Origin: Vicugna vicugna
Taxonomy: Eukaryota
NCBI GenBank assembly: GCA_013265495.1
Contig: MU057560.1
Span: 756,753-820,752, forward strand
Direction: 5' to 3'
DNA: 64,000 nucleotides
Within the stretch, counting starts at the first letter, position 1. Each line of letters starts with the position of its first letter. Below are positions 22,581-35,139 of the stretch, piece by piece. A program made the position numbers and the translations under genes. The notes under the pieces were generated by a model. The model did no database searches. It was not told the origin of the DNA and worked only from the letters and a program-made list of their open reading frames with translations.

Positions 22581-25500
22581 CCAGGAGGCTTTTCTCTTAT
22601 CAAGGCACTCTATTCAGACAGTTGTAAACATTTCAGCCAATTCTGTTTCCTAAGGCAGATATAAGTCCTTTGAAGGTGATAAACGGACATTTTTAGATTA
22701 AGCAATCAGATAAGAAAAACATTTTCAAACAAATTTTACACAATGCTCCCTTCACAGCGTACGTTTATTTTGAGTTACAGTTACTGTCGCACTGGCTGTT
22801 TAATACCTCCTTTACTTGAAGGTTTAGATCAGCTGTGTGAGTGTGAAAAGGTGTGTTATGTCATACACTACTCTACGCCACCGTCATCACCAAAAAGCTA
22901 AGCAACTTTTCTATGCCCATGTTGTTTTTGTAGGAGAAAAACATAACATTTATTTTTAGATTACATCAGTGTTTAATTTGTCAAGACCAGCAAACTGCTA
23001 CCTGAAAAAAATATTTTCATGGTCACTATCGATTTCCCAGTATACATTCTTGTTATTAAAAAGATTTCACTACTGTTCATTCCATCTTTCTTTTTAATAG
23101 CTTCTGAACAACTATTTCTTCGTTGATTCATTACTGGAACAGTCTAGACAATTCCACTAGCTGAGACCTGGGAGAGACACCAGGGCTTTTCAAGCAACCT
23201 ACAAACTAACCGCCCACACTGTGTGATTTGCATGAATACTAAGTTCTTTACATGTTGAGCAATATTTTCTATGTATCATCTAACAGTAGGGGATATCAAA
23301 GAAATACATTTCCATTTGCTAGAGTATTTTTCATTCTTTTATTTACTTAGTTTGTTGTTATATTTTTTCATGTATTATGCATTCTGTTTGTATCAAAATG
23401 ATTGAAAAAAATAAGCTTTTATGTTAAAGGAACCAAGTTTTTCTCCCAATGGTAGGAGTATTTTTGTCTTTTATTGCTTGATAAGATCTCTTGAAAGAGG
23501 CTTTGAAATTTTATCATTAAGTTTAATAAATCTGTTAAGCAGTTGCTTAAGTGTCACATGGCTCTAAGCGTGAGTAGACAGACTGTACGTTTTGTGAACA
23601 CTATCATCAACTTGAAATCTCAAGTGAGAATGTGCACTCTGGGGGAGGGTCGGCTGATGGCAGCAGGGGCATAATCCACATTCCAAAATGCTATCCTCAG
23701 AGTTTATAATTTGGGGCTGACTTATCGTTTTAAACTGTTCCGTGGCTGAAAAAAGCATACACGACCAATTAAAGGAAAAAAAGTTCTGATTTGTTCTTGT
23801 TCAAGTTTAGTTTGCATTCTGATATGATGTTTAATTTGCTATTTCTCTGCAGAGACATTTTGAAGCCACTTAACCTTGCGGGGAATTTGGTTTAGTTAAA
23901 AGGAGACAAGCTAATCCTTAAGTGCACCTCACCAGACTAGATGAACTGCCCTCCCTAACTCTGCTGCAAAGAAGCTAGTGAGGGAGCGGCCCGGGTCAGC
24001 GGCCCGGGCTGTGCACCGCCGTGCTTCTGCCAGGAAACCACTGCTCTCCCTTGACCTGCAAAGCTCAGAGACGGCATGGGGCGTCCCGGGTCCCTCTGCA
24101 TTTCCAGTATTACTGACACCACTGTCTTCCTACTTTGTAAGATACTAGAAATAAAACTTGTAACCTTTGATTTCCAGAGACAATCGACCATTTTTTATAG
24201 CCTACTTTCAGTACCTTTGGTCCAGTGGACGAGAGGGGTCCATATTGCTTCTTGGTCTATCCTAGGATTCCTGAATGGAGTTCCTCCATCACCCACCAAC
24301 TACTGAGGACCTGGGATTCTTTTGGTCTTTGGATCGTTGTCAACATCAGTAGCTGTTGAAGTAGAACGTCCAGGTTCCATTCTCGTCTGTCCTGGATTGA
24401 CCAGAACAGAGGAAGAAATACTCCAGTAAAACACATATTTCTCCGTGATGACAGTTATCCACTATGAACACCAAGAACCACTCTCTCTCCCCAACGAGGA
24501 ATGAGATCTGGTTGAAAAATGCCAGAATACTGTCCTGGAACCCAAATGTATGGGCATGACTCAAATATCAAAGGCCAGGGGTTTTTTTCCCCCTTTGTCT
24601 AAAATACACTTAAAATAAAGTATGGCTCTGATTGTCTCTTATACAAAGGCAAGTTGGAATGTGTAACCTGTGTAAATGTTATAATTAAAACCTGGCTTTT
24701 CCATGGATTCATTATGTTACATTTTCCACTAATTACTGACATTTCCTTTAATGTGTGCACGCAGGGAACATGAGGGTATGATTAGCTGGAGTTGAAAGTG
24801 TAAGCAGTAATGAGCGTGTTACGGCTTTTCCTTGGTCTTTCTTGGGTCACTCTAAGCCTCATGACAGGAGGCCCTGCCCTTTAACAGGTTTGCTCCACTG
24901 CGTAACTTTCCGTGAGCAGACACGGAGGCGAAAGTGACAATATTCATACGCACATGCTGAAGGCGTCGTGTCCCTTTATGTCACCCTCCTAGTCGCAGGT
25001 ACAGGTAACTGACTGGAGGGCAGGAAGGCTGCCCAAACGCAGGAATTTCCATCCTGAACGTCTCTGTGCTGGACCTCTACTATTGAGGAGTTGAAGATTT
25101 GGAAAAAAGAAGGGGGAAATGAGGCTCTACCAGGCCTTTTGCACGTCTTAATGCGCTGGTCCCTCTGAGGTTTATTTCCAATGAGCATGTTTTTCCTAGA
25201 AGATCTTTCCAGGTCTGCCTTTCCTGACAGTTTCAACCAGATATTTGTACAAATATGCACATTGAAAGACATCGTTTCTTTGACTTGTTTTTCCCAAGTC
25301 TAGTCTTTTCCATGAGATTCCTGTCTGAGTTGGGGACCTGTCTGCCAGCGTTGATGGCGGGTAAGGCTGCAGGGACAGAGGACGTGATCCCAGGGAACTG
25401 TGCCCAGCTCTGCTGATGTGGGATGGGGATCCCCGTCTCGGATCCCCTCCCACAGAGCCTCCTTGCAAGACCTCTGTCAGCTCTGCCTGCTTTGTTGTTG

Positions 25501-26399
25501 GCTTTGTTTTGTTTCACTTCTTTTTTTTTCCTGTCTCTAACCCAGTCGTCTCTTTTTGTAATTATTCCCAACATGTGTTAACTCACATACACCGGAGGAA
25601 ATATCCCTGGAGGATTAAAACCACGTTGACTAAAATTTCACATACACAGAATTCACAGTCCAGGGAGGATGTCAGGAATCTCACCTCAAACCGACACAGG
25701 CAGGGAGTGAGGGGGGCTCAGGGCTGGGAAGACGTGAAGCCAGGAGCAGACCCAAGCCAGACACCCTAGGAAAACACGTCTGACTCCTGCTTTCCCCCTG
25801 AACTTGGGGTAATTGCTCTGACAATTCTGTGCTTGGCGGAAGCCACAGATAATCCATTCCGAAATAGGATTTCTACACCTAGTTCACTACATCACAGAGA
25901 ATTTTATCCTGTGGCCTTCTGATTTGAAACAGGAGTCACCCTAAATGGAATTGAAAAGTCAGCCTTCTGTCCACTTCTGACTGGCGTCCCTCGTCCCTCC
26001 CACATTAGTGCCTTAGGGTTATCAGCTGCTGGTCCCAGTACAGCTGGTCCCCCCATCTTAGCCATCCTTTCCCCTCATAGGGCTTCTCTTGTGCAGTAGG
26101 CAGCGTTCAACCCCTACCTTTCTCTTCCCTTTGGAAATTTCAACCATTAGATGAAACTGGTCTTACTTAGCAGCCAAGATATCAACCTGCTACGGACAGT
26201 TTAGTTCAGGTTAGGGACCACGGTGACCCATTTAATGAATAGATTCAAATAAGGTACCTGCACCTTCCAGGGGCTATTTGCTAGCACAAAAAATTTAGCT
26301 TCCTCAGTAGATATATTTCAAGATGGGAGGGGAAGCCTTGCTGCTTCTCAAATTCTATCCTGTTTGGGGTTATGACTGATACTCAGACAGTGCTCTGCA

Positions 26400-26815
26400 A
26401 CGCGCAAACTACCTTTCATACATATAATCTCAGTTTGCCTTATAAGGAGCTCAGAATATTTTTATGATTATTATCTTAGTTTTCCAGATGCAGACGCCGA
26501 AGAGTAGAGGGTAACAGAATTTGTCCAGAGCAGGGCAGAGCCTGCTCATAAAGCTATGGTGTCTGACTGGAAGGTCTGTGCATTAAATACCTCATTGGTC
26601 AGTAACTGGGAAGCTATATTTTATATGGCAAGAGACTTTGGTAGGAGACTGGATTTTGTTGGCAGACTAACCAGGGCTCAGATTCTGCTCTTTTCCTGAT
26701 GATGTATTTGCTTGGGCCGGTCACGTCACGTCTCTGAGTTTCCTAAGCTATGACGTGATGATGATCTCTTTATATGATGTCTTGCCAGGTGTCTGGCCCA
26801 ATCAGTGCTCAATAA
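26400..26815. mobile_element. Two MIR fragments (about 26400-26590 minus, 26660-26815 plus)
   Basis: TTTTCCAGATGCAGACGCCGA...TGTCTGACTGGAAGG; TCTCTGAGTTTCCT...GTGCTCAATAAA. Confidence 0.5.
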
Positions 26816-27799
26816 AAGTTCTGTGCTTTTAAAATCATTGTTATTTGCAGGGAAGCAGAGCATAGATGTTGATAGGATTAGAGATGCAAACCAAGGCAGG
26901 AAGCAAGTAATCCTCTCATTTCCATTTTTTATGGCCACCGCGTATAGCACACTTGTCCCACTACTTGAAGGCCAGAGGCCAGGGAGACGTTTTGAAAACT
27001 AGTGACATACATGCCAGATTCCCAGGCAGGTAGGACTCTTATTAAAGGAGGGGCGCGAGTCGTCTGGGAGACCGGCGTCTCACCTTTCCTGGGCGCTGTT
27101 ATGATTTAGTGTCCGAGTCACTTTGCAAGAGTGGAGGTCAAGCTTTCCATTCATTCCGACCTTCAACCCTGCATTCAGAACACTTTCGTGCCAATCACTG
27201 TGTCTTGAACTGGGGTGACCACAAGAATGAGAAGAAATGCCACCTCTGTCCTTGGAACACAGTCCGGGGCAGACACCGTTTATCCACCCATTCTTCCGTC
27301 AAACATTTGTTAGAAGCTGATATGGCCGAGCAAAGGGAAGTTATCTGTGGTAAAAAGACACACTGTAGTGTTTCACAGTCTCGACATGGGGATAAACCAG
27401 TAAAACAACACAGGAGAATGAAGCACAGTAGGTTTACAGACAGAGGGAAACCCCGTGTACCACGCAATTAAAAAAGAGGGCCACTGACTTTAGTCCTGGA
27501 GGTGAGGCGGAGAATTAAGGTGAGAAAGGAAGGTATGGGACGGTTTTCTGGAAGCTTCTGAGACTGATTCCAAGGCTGAATCAGAGCTGGGTGGGTAAAG
27601 GGCAGAACTGTGGGCCCCACTCCCTGCAATGAGGGCTCACCGTCCCCTGCTGTTTGGTGCTGTCCCCACGCCTCGTGTTCGAAGTCGGTGGCGATGAAAC
27701 CTTCCTTCCCAGCCCTGCACTCGGGCCAGGAGCAGGCACTGAAATGGGTGTGTAGTTGGATTGTCGGAAGGACAAGGAACAGAGAGGTAGGCAGGAAAA

Positions 27800-28690
27800 A
27801 GGCACAAGAGAGCAAAAAAAATGTAAAAGAAAACATTACATGCAAAGAAAAAAAGAAGACCACAGAGTTCTCATCAGAAGCCACGTAACAAAGAAACACC
27901 TCCAAAGTACTAACCTCCCCCCAATTTTCTCAAACCTCTAATTCTTCCTCCAGTGAAAATGAAGGGAAATTAAAGCCTTTTCCAGACAAACAAATGCTGA
28001 AGCAAATTCTTTTTTTTTTTCTGAAGCAAATTCTTTATCACCTCACTTGCTCTACAAAAATGTGAAAGGAAATTGCTTTAGTAAAAGGAAGATGATACCA
28101 GAAGGGAACTTTGATCTATAAAACAGGAAATGAAGAGCACTAAAAATAAGTGGGAAAAATTTTTTTCTTAATTGTTATGTCTCCTTAAAAGATAATTGAC
28201 AATATATTGTGAGATTTGTAATGTATGTATTTGTAGTAAAATATGTGACAATAATAGTGCAAAGGACAGGAGGGGAAAATGAAAGTACATTGCTGTAATT
28301 TTTTTACACTCTACACTAAAATGTGGTAAGTTAAAGATGTAATTGTAAACACTAGAGCAACTACTAAAAATTAAAGCAAAGAGGCATGGCTAATAAGCAA
28401 ATAGTAGAGATTAAAAAAATTGAATCATTAAAAAAACACTCAATGCAGAAAAAGTGGGGAAAAAGGAAGAAAATATATTACATAAATTGAAAACAAAAAG
28501 ATGGTAGAGCTGATCTCAATTGTATTGATAATTACAGTCAATTTCATTAAACTCCCAGGTTAAAAGTAGAAATTTTGGCAGATTGGACAAAAGCAAGATC
28601 TGTCTATATGTTGTCTACCAGAAATCCACTTAAAATATAAAGATCTGTGTTCAAAGTAAAAGAAGATAAAGTGATAGACTGTGTAGTTAA
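27800..28690 (+). mobile_element. Old LINE-1 fragment (ORF1 end, inter-ORF region, ORF2 start)
   Basis: TTCTCATCAGAAGCCA, AAAATGAAGGGAAATTAAAGCCTTTTCCAGACAAACAAATGCTGA, CTAGAGCAACTACTAAAAA, CTATATGTTGTCTACCAGAAATCCACTT. Confidence 0.75.
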
Positions 28691-29725
28691 TAGGCATGAT
28701 TTAATTTCAGTATTATTCTGTATTAGTGCTCTTTAATGCACTAGAACTTTTTAGTGCATTGCTTCTTCAGTGGCACTTTAGATCGAATGCAATTTTGAAT
28801 AATTGTCCCCATTTTACAGAACAAAGCCGGTCTATAATTATAGTTCCTGTTGTCTCAGTCACCAAAAGGTCCCACTTTTCTCTGGCTCATCCCTTCACAC
28901 GGCCACCCCAGGCTTAGCGATACTCTCGCCACCATTTAGAAGCTTTCTTTGCTGATAACCATCAAGACCCAGCCACAGAGTTCCCGACTGTTACATAAAA
29001 CCAGCGTCGGGGGAGCCATGGTGTAAAGACAGAGGACCGTGGGCCCGACTAGTGCAGGGGATTTTGTCTTGCTCACGGATGCAGAAGCAACTCAACAGAT
29101 TCCAGTTAAATGATTAATGAATAAGGCCGTCAATAAGTAAAGTTATCAATGAGTTTAATAAATGCAGGGTCTTCTAGAATCATTCAGGATACTAGTGAGC
29201 AATCATCCAGGCCTCCCTCCTGGGAAATTCACTGTAAAAGTGTTCAGTTCAATGATGCATGCTCATAATGAGGCCCTTTAGTTTTCACTGAAAGTACCAC
29301 AATATGCTAGATTGAAGAGGGAAGCAAACAATGTAATAAAATATAGAGGAAAAAAAGGTATGATTTGGACTGAAACTCTTGGAATGTAGAAGAATAAGCT
29401 TTATTTATTAGAAAAATTACATTATGTAACGTATTATTTCCCAATGAGTCTTAGTAAATGAGATGATAAAACTTTTAACATTCAGGAAAAAAAAAGGATC
29501 ATTATTTCTATCAGAGTTGAAAAATAAAATAGGCCAGCAGTAACACAGGTGGTAACTGAGGGCACAAAAGCCATTCAGAGCAGCTGAGCTCCCAGTGATG
29601 CACGCTGGGCCAGGTCCCTCCCCCTGACACCCTCTCTTCCCCACCAGCCCCAGAGCACTTTGCTTTGAAGACAGGCGTGCCCCATCTCCCCACCAATGAC
29701 ACGTCCTCCAGATCTCTCTCTCTCT

Positions 29726-31040
29726 TTTTTTTTTTTCCTGAGCAGTTGGTCTCGAGAATGGGCTTAAACTATTCAGCAAACCATATTGTAAACAGATGTG
29801 CTCTCATGCAGGCTTTGTTGTTCCTTTTAGAGAACACAGGCAGAGTAAGAACCATTCTTAAGGGCCCTGGATCTTCAGATGGTAAGTGAGCCCTGGCTTC
29901 AACTTCAAGTCACCAGCTGCCTTAGCCCCTAACAAGAGAGTCGGCCTGTCCATTGAAGCTTTGGAGCCAGACGTTGACTTCTCCTCTCCCGCTATGGTAT
30001 GAAAGTCCTAGATGGCCTCTTCTTCCAACAGAAGGCTGTTTCATCTACGGTGAAAATCTGTCCTTTCCTGTCGTCACCTTTACGAGCGATCTTAGCAGGA
30101 TCTTCTGGAGAGCTCGCTGCAGCTTCCAAATCAGCGCTTGCCGCTCCATTTTGCACTTTGATGTTACAGAAACGGCTTCTTTCCTTCAACCTCAGGAACC
30201 AACCTCTGCCGGCTTCACACTCCTCTTCTGCAGCTTCCTCGCCTCTCTCAGCCTCCACAGAACTGAAGGGAGTTAGGACCTGGCTCTGGACGAGGCTTTG
30301 ACTGGAGGGAAGGTGGAGGCTGGTTTCATCTGCTGTCCCGAGCACTCAGACTTGCTCCACGTCAGCAACAAGGCAGTTCTGCTTTCTTGTCTCCCACGTG
30401 TTCACGGGAGCAGCGCTTTTAATTTCCGTCAAGAAGGCTTCCTCTGCGTTTGCAGCTTGGCTCTCTGGCACAAGAGGCCTCACCTTCGGCCTGCCTCGGC
30501 TTTGGCGCACCTCCCTCACTAAGCCCGGCCCTTTCTGACTTCTGACTCAAAGTGAGTGACGTGTGGCTCTTCTTCTCAGCAGAACACTTGGAAGCCATTG
30601 TAGGGTTACTAACTGGCCTAATGTCAGTATTGCTGTGTCTCAGGGGACAGGAGGGCCCAAGGAGAGGGACTTGAGAGAGACTGGGAACGACTGGTCGTGG
30701 AACAGTCAGAACACGCACAACATTTACGGATTAAGTTTGCCACCTTCTGCGTGTGTGCTTTGTGGTGCCCTGAAATGCTTACAATAGTAATATCAAAGGT
30801 TGCCGATCACAGATCACCACAACTTATTTAATAATAATGAAAAAGCATGAAATATTGTTAGAATTACCAAAATGAGACACAAGGACAAGAAGTGAGCAAA
30901 TGCTGTTGGAAAAACGGCGTCCACAGGCTTGCCCCACACAGCGTTGCTGCAAACCTTCAATTTGTGACAAAACAAAATGTCCTGGAAAAGCAATAAAGTC
31001 AAATCAATAAAGCGAAGCCTCATAAAACGAGGAACGTCCG
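29726..31040 (-). mobile_element. Tigger1 (TcMar/pogo) DNA transposon, 5' ~1.3 kb with decayed transposase
   Basis: ORF 29992-30345 reads GWFLRLKERSRFCNIKVQNGAASADLEAAA...QIFTVDETAFCWKKRPSRTFI (pogo/Tigger transposase; DET motif); degenerate terminal inverted repeat ATAAAACGAGGAACGTCCGTG at ~31022-31042. Confidence 0.92.
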
Positions 31041-32560
31041 TGCTGACTTTTCCTTCTTTCTAGACCAGCAGAAGGTTCTACTTCATTTAATGGCAACACA
31101 GGTAAGTCAGTCACCTGGTCAGTTGGAAACCAGGCGATCTCTCAGCTCTGGGATGTGTGCACGCCCTTTCCTGACCAGCCTTCGAACTGCCCTCCTCTCC
31201 TTTCCACCCCTTCCAACAGATTTTCAGTCTTCTCTCCTTGAAGGTGAAGTACGCTCTTGCCCAGAGTCAGTCCCCTTTCTAATCTGTCCACACAGAACAT
31301 AGGAAGCACCCCTCCGCACCCTCTGGCTCCCCCCGGCCAGCAGAACAGAGCTCACCATCTGCAGCGCAGCCACGGACCATGCAGTCCACCTGCTCCCTTC
31401 CGGGCGGCAGGACCCCCTCCCACCTGTGCATCCACTCGTATCCATGGATGTGCTTCCTGGTGGTGCACAAGCTCCCCTCCCTCTCTCTGAAATGTTCCTT
31501 CCCTTTTGTTTGCCTGGAAGAATCCTGCTCATCCTTTTACCAGTCACCTCCGATGTCACCGCCTTCAGGAGTCTCTGTAGAGACGGTTTGAACTTGTCTC
31601 CAATCATTAGAATAGGAGGGAAACGCAGGTGTGAGAACACGGCGGCACCTTTCACACCAGCTGAAGCCGTGATCTGGGCTGCGGTCTGTCCTGAGACTGA
31701 GGTTGCTCCAGAGGTTCCTGCTACAGCAGAAGCCCAGCGTCCCTGCTCCTTCCTTCAGCCACGACCCCTCATTTCTCTGCTCATGACCTTTTATTACTTG
31801 CTTTTTACTTTCTTGTTCTTGCCTGACTGGTTGGTAAATTAATCAAAGTAAGAAAAACAGACAATTTCAACTACTGAAGATAATTATGTTTCCAGGGAAT
31901 TTGTTTCATACGTAGAGGGGAAAAGTAGTAACGGCCCAGAGTGTTCTATATGAATGAGTTCCCCCGGAGGGCGGCAGCTGTGAAACGCACGTGGTGTCTG
32001 AGTTCAGACGGAAGCGGAGGATGCTACCCGGTGTGGCCTGGGGGAGCGTTTGTGTCCAGGACAGGGGGTCCATCAGGCGCTCTGCACCCAAGTCTGACGG
32101 AGAGAAAAGTCAGTCCCTTGCGGAAGGGAGAAGCAGGTCTGGAGTCGGGCACCAGAAAGTCAGCTTTTCAAACTACTTCCCCCTGCAAGTAGCTGGGGAA
32201 TTTGACGCGCTTTTACAAAATGGAAAAAAGAAGATTTGGCTTGCCCCGCTCATGAGAAGAGCCCGACAGTGCAGACACCGTTGAAGGGTGCAGTCAGCAA
32301 ACATGGGTCTTGCTAATCAAAGGTGTCTTGCTTTGATGTGAAGGGGTTGCAAACATCTTAACAAGGTTTATCAAGAAAAGGAGAAAAGGCCCCGTTTATT
32401 TCCATGATAGAAATTATTTGGCTTAAACTGTACACTGCTCCATTTTAAGGGTAAATGAGAATATGGAGACAGGAGTGGGCTGTGCTGCGTACTGGGTGGG
32501 GGGGCACATGTCGCCTCCTCAGTCTCTGACTCTTTATGTGAAACCCCTCTTCCCTGGATT

Positions 32561-33083
32561 TGTAACAAAGGAGAACACATCTGACTGCATATTGGATCTG
32601 CTCCTTTAGTTCTGACCACTGCGCCCTGTTTTCCTGGCGCAGCCTTGCCAGCGCTGCACCTATAGAAAAACAATGTTGCCTTTAGCCTGAAGTCTACAGG
32701 AGCGCCTCTTCCCCGCACGCTGACCTCCAAGGAGGTCAGCGCTTCTGCACTTAGTGGAGACGGCAAGTTGCAGAACAGAGAATAACCTTTGTTTTGTTGG
32801 AGGTTTACAGGGACACCATGGCCTGGCCCACGTGGATGGCTGCAAGGACAAAGAATTCTTGCAGCAGGAAATTTGCAACAACCAGCCACACCCCGTCCCC
32901 TGTTTTTTGTGTAAAAAGAGCCTGTATTCTGACTGGAGCAGGATGATTCTCCAAGACATTCGTCTGCCGCCCTCTTGGCCTGCCGGCTTTCCGAGTAAAG
33001 TCGCTTTTCCTTGCCGCAACACCTCATCTCCCGATTTATTGGCCTGTCTTGCAGCGAGCAGAACGAGTTTGGACTCGGTAATA
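32561..33083 (+). mobile_element. Solo ERV1-type LTR
   Basis: Starts TGTAACA and ends CGGTAATA; TATA-like TGTAAAAAGAGCC, poly(A)-like AGTAAAGTCG, U5-like GATTTATTGGCCTGTCTTGCAGCGAGCAGAACGAGTTTGGACTCGG; no clear TSD or primer-binding site. Confidence 0.75.
32718..32741. promoter_or_regulatory. Perfect palindrome forming an ER6 (everted repeat, 6-bp spacer) nuclear-receptor element
   Basis: CGCTGACCTCC-AA-GGAGGTCAGCG, containing TGACCT-CCAAGG-AGGTCA (32721-32738); function is inferred from the motif only. Confidence 0.45.
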
Positions 33084-33289
33084 AACTGGATTATAAAACA
33101 TCACCAGGGCGTGAACCATGAGTTTGGTAATACTTTCAAAAGCGTCCCCGGAGTGACTCGGAAGCACTTCCCTGGGACCTGGAGGCTGAGTCAGCCGCGC
33201 GTACAGGGACACTCGCAGTTGCTCCAGTCTGTAAAAGAGACACTTCGGAAAGTGTCATTTCCTCTGCGGCCATCCTCAGCCTGACTGAC

Positions 33290-33790
33290 GCTTAACCTCT
33301 GCAGCGGTGACGCCCCATGGCAACATCCGCACCCTGGCCCCGCGACCCTGCCTCCCGGGAGCACGGGGCGGGACAGCTGGCCGGGGCTGGGTGGTCACGG
33401 CCCAAGAATTCCCCGCGGCAGCTGTCGGCCGCATACCCCGCGTGCCACCGCCGCCCCCGCGGCAACTGCGGGGCGTGGCCGTGATGCCAGCGGCCCCCGC
33501 TCGGCTCGGCCCCCCGGCCCGCCCCCCGGCAGCCCGGCGTGTGTCCAGGTGTCGCGCGGAGGGGCCGGCACAGGTGCAGGCGCAGGAAGTGAGGAGGCGG
33601 CCCGCTCGTGGGGGCGTGGGAGGCCCCAGGCGCAGTCAGCGCGAAGAGGCGGAGACTGCGCTTCAGAAACAGCCCCCTCTCCCCGTGACGCCTGCTGACA
33701 GTCATTCCTGCGACACGGAGCAGCGCATGCGCCCTGTCTAAGGGCGGTGTGTGCAAGTGAGTTGTGCAGAGCTGCGCTCAGTTTTCTCTG
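33290..33790. promoter_or_regulatory. CpG island / promoter-like element of an unidentified transcript
   Basis: Very high GC/CpG; NRF1 palindrome GCGCATGCGC (33723-33732), ETS CAGGAAGTG (33583-33591), GC boxes GGGGCGGGAC and GGGGCGTGGC, RFX X-box-like CCATGGCAAC (33315-33324). Confidence 0.75.
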
Positions 33791-34224
33791 CCGTCAGCGA
33801 CTTTGGGGAAGGCACTTCACGTCTCCCAGCCTCCATCTCCTCCAAGACACAGAAGCCAAATAAGTGCCTCCCTACCATGAAGGGCCAGGAGAACGTTCTG
33901 TCCCGCAGTGCAGGATGCTGCGTGTCTGACAGCACGTGCGCGTTACCCAGCTGGGCCACACCGGGGTCCTAACATCCTTCTCTTCTGATCTAGGGTAGGT
34001 TTTTGTGAGCAACTGATTGAGTGGCTGAAAAGGGGGCATTTTGTGTAGTTTATTACATTGGTGTTAAATTTCAGACCATGAAACGTTCACTGACTGTTGC
34101 TTTGTTTACTTTAACAGGGACTCCTTCTCATAAGCTTATGCCCAGCCTGTAGATACCAGTTTACATTTTTTAAAATTTATTTTTATTTTACTTTTCTTTA
34201 AATACTAACAAGGAATTTTTTTCT

Positions 34225-34610
34225 GTTTTTTAAATTGCAATAAAACCCGCATAACATAAACTTTACCATCTTAACCACTGCTAAGTGTACAGTTAAGTAG
34301 CATGACATATTTTCACAATGTTGTGCAACCATCACCACTGTCCATCCACAGAAGTCTTCTTATCTTGCAAAAATAAAACTATATCCATTAAAAAATAACT
34401 CCCCTTTTCTGTCTTCACCCAGGCCCTGGCAACCAGCATTCTGCTTTCTGTCTTTATGAAGTCGACCCCTCTAAGTATCTCATAAGTGGAATCATATCAT
34501 GGGTCCTTTTGTGATCCTCAAGTTTCATCCATGTCATAGCCTGTGTTGGAATTTCCCTCCTTAAGGCTGAATCACAGGCTTCCGTGTGTATGTACCACCT
34601 TTTGTGTATT
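34225..34610 (-). mobile_element. LINE-1 3' end (L1MB-like)
   Basis: CATAACATAAACTTTACCATCTTAACC...AATGTTGTGCAACCATCACCACT...CCCTGGCAACCAGCATTCTGCTTTCTGTC...AAGTGGAATCATA. Confidence 0.85.
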
Positions 34611-35139
34611 ACCAACAATTACATTCTTAAGCCTCTGTTTTTAGAGAGAGAAACGAGACGTTCTCTAGTCAGTGAGAGCATGGGGGGTGAGTGGTTTCGG
34701 AATACAGCAGTAGCTGAGCTACGTGATAATGGTGTCTTTACAAAATAATTACTGTTCCGTTGTGCCAAGGCCAGTTTCACAACATTTTTCTTTCTCTGAC
34801 ATAAATGTGCAAATATGTAACTCTGTGCACACATACTTTACTCCCACACATCTCTTTTTCTCTCATTTCATTCTTGCTCTTTTCAGGACAAAGACAGATT
34901 TTACTTTCATATGAAGGGCATAGTTCCTTTGTCACTTAGAGGCTAGACACTTTAAAGTGACTTGCACCTGCTGTAGGTTGTAGGTGTTTATGGCCAATGC
35001 AGCACTTTATCTGCTTCTCCTTCTCCTGTTCTCACATCCTGCATCCTCCCCTCCCCGAATCCTACTTCTGCCTGACTTCTTTGAATCATCCATGGAACAT
35101 AGCCATGTATATCATCACCAGGTCCAAAGCTAAATATTT

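Noticed and set aside
29992..30345. Transposase-like ORF as a domesticated TIGD1-type gene
   Set aside because: Only a fragment is open; flanking parts are frameshifted or stopped and the element is truncated, so it is a decayed Tigger1 copy
32371..33756. ORFs of 218, 176, 154 and 144 aa across the LTR and CpG island
   Set aside because: They lie in LTR or extreme-GC sequence, overlap on both strands and show no protein-family motifs
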